A DNA stretch of 64,000 nt, taken from positions 34,713 to 98,712 of the forward strand of contig JBNKHE010000001.1 in the NCBI GenBank assembly GCA_050290185.1, given 5' to 3'. How positions within the stretch are numbered: position 1 is the first letter of the stretch; each line of letters opens with the position of its first letter. This stretch comes from Pontiella sp. (GTDB lineage Bacteria; Verrucomicrobiota; Kiritimatiellia; Kiritimatiellales; Pontiellaceae). This document shows, in pieces, positions 62,938 to 64,000 of this stretch. The notes beneath the pieces were generated by a model. That model did not search any database, was not told where the DNA came from, and was given only the letters and a program-made list of their open reading frames with translations. Made by a program: the position numbers and the translations under genes.

Positions 62938-63597
62938 ATGAGCAATGATCATCAACATTCGCCCCAGCACGAAGAGGTGCTGAAGAAGCAGTCACTCGAA
63001 CAGCACGAAGTCAAGGAAGTGCTTAATGTCTTCAAGAAATATGCCGTTCCCGCACTGATCGTTGTTGTCATCGTTTGCGGTGCCTTCCTGCTAGACCGCT
63101 ATCTCAAGACATCCAAGGCGTCCAAGGAACACAAAGCCGACAGCGCACTGGTCACCGCCATGAGTCCTGCGGATTTCGAGGAGATTATCGAAAAATACGG
63201 ATCCACCTCCTCGGCCCCGATTGCGCTGATGCAGCTGGCTATGTCCAAATTCTCCGATGGGGATTATGATGCCGCCCAGGACCTGTACGACCAGTTTCTC
63301 AAGAAATACGGAAAACATGAGATGGCCGCCCAGGCCGAACTGAACAGGATCAGCTGTCAGGAAGCAAAAGGTGAATACGGCGAGGCTCACCTGAAGTATG
63401 GCGAATTCGCCAACAGCCACAAGAATTCCTACCTTGCCCCCGTCGCCATGATGGGTCAGGCCCGCTGCCTGGAGGCGCTCGGAAGCGCTGTCGATGCAAA
63501 ACGGGCCTATGAAGACCTCATCGTTGCCTACCCGGGAAGCAGCTGGGCGAATCTGGCACAAACCAGAATGACGGTACTCAACAGCTCGATTAAGTAG
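62938..63597 (+). CDS. Membrane-anchored TPR protein (YfgM-like)
   Basis: Single TM near the N-terminus followed by TPR-like helices (A.LY..FL.KY..H, A...YE.LI..YP.S). Confidence 0.75.
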   Translation: MSNDHQHSPQHEEVLKKQSLEQHEVKEVLNVFKKYAVPALIVVVIVCGAFLLDRYLKTSKASKEHKADSALVTAMSPADFEEIIEKYGSTSSAPIALMQLAMSKFSDGDYDAAQDLYDQFLKKYGKHEMAAQAELNRISCQEAKGEYGEAHLKYGEFANSHKNSYLAPVAMMGQARCLEALGSAVDAKRAYEDLIVAYPGSSWANLAQTRMTVLNSSIK

Positions 63598-63638
63598 CAA
63601 AAAAACCCGCTGGAACAGAACAACGGGGTTTCATGAAT

Positions 63639-63666
63639 AAAAAGCGGCCTTTTGCGCCGCTTTTTT
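63639..63666. terminator. Bidirectional terminator
   Basis: AAAAAGCGGC...GCCGCTTTTTT. Confidence 0.7.
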
Positions 63667-63820
63667 ATGGTCCGGATCGCCGGTCTTTACGCTTTCTTTT
63701 CCAACGCCGGAAAAGCCAGCTAGCCAGCACGAAACCTGCAATCACCAGCAACATGGGCACCACGTCATTGGGCTCATCCCACGGAGGCGGGCACATGGGT
63801 ATTTCGATCGCGGGATCCAT
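63665..63820 (-). CDS. Possible 51-aa single-TM membrane peptide
   Basis: MDPAIEIPMCPPPWDEPNDVVPMLLVIAGFVLASWLFRRWKRKRKDRRSGP*; lies between the FKBP gene and the terminator. Confidence 0.4.
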   Translation of the reverse strand: MDPAIEIPMCPPPWDEPNDVVPMLLVIAGFVLASWLFRRWKRKRKDRRSGP

Positions 63821-63838
63821 AGGACATGCCGCCGGCCG

Positions 63839-64000
63839 CTAGACGACCTCGACCAGTTCCAATTCAAAGTTCAGGTTCTGCCCAGCCAGCTGATGGTTCG
63901 CATCGATAGTGATGTTAGCCTCTGCCACTTCGGTGATGGTGACAGGAACCGGCTGGCCCTGCGGACCCTGCATCTGTAGCCCCATGCCGATTTCCGGTTC
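63839..64000 (-). CDS. FKBP-type peptidyl-prolyl isomerase (SlyD/SlpA-like), C-terminal part only
   Basis: PEIGMGLQMQGPQGQPVPVTITEV...IDANHQLAGQNLNFELELVEVV*; no His-rich tail. Confidence 0.88.
   Translation of the reverse strand, partial: EPEIGMGLQMQGPQGQPVPVTITEVAEANITIDANHQLAGQNLNFELELVEVV

Overview
A bacterial chromosomal segment that is mostly housekeeping genes. It carries hisG, fmt, thiL, a TolC-MacA-ABC export operon, tadA, ffh-rpsP-khpA-trmD-rplS-rnhB (no rimM), aroB-dprA-topA-xerC, folC-accD-comF, a stand-alone fusA, rpsU, a GspE/PilB ATPase, dinB, metH-yitJ, aroK and four tRNAs (Arg-UCG, Phe-GAA, Pro-CGG, Leu-UAA). Gene content (CAZymes, GT-C enzyme, missing rimM) suggests a PVC-superphylum organism, possibly Kiritimatiellota; this is inference only. 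An accessory patch at about 19.5-27 kb holds AT-rich cargo, a ~130-150 bp direct repeat, a trimeric-adhesin-like repeat protein and a decayed oxoprolinase gene. The most notable observations are: (1) three tandem secreted proteins sharing one N-terminal 'YEKAYxxETAKGQ' helical module, in an apparent operon with a two-component system; (2) a four-helix-bundle gene inserted between metH and yitJ and bracketed by inverted heptamer arrays, with many 'empty' short-period inverted-repeat elements at other gene junctions; (3) a TopA whose zinc ribbons are replaced by three copies of an unfamiliar repeat; (4) a structured tRNA-linked element that duplicates the tRNA-Pro 3' end; (5) several small proteins missed by the ORF track, including a bS22/mS38-like peptide. 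No CRISPR array, rRNA, intact transposase or prophage was seen.
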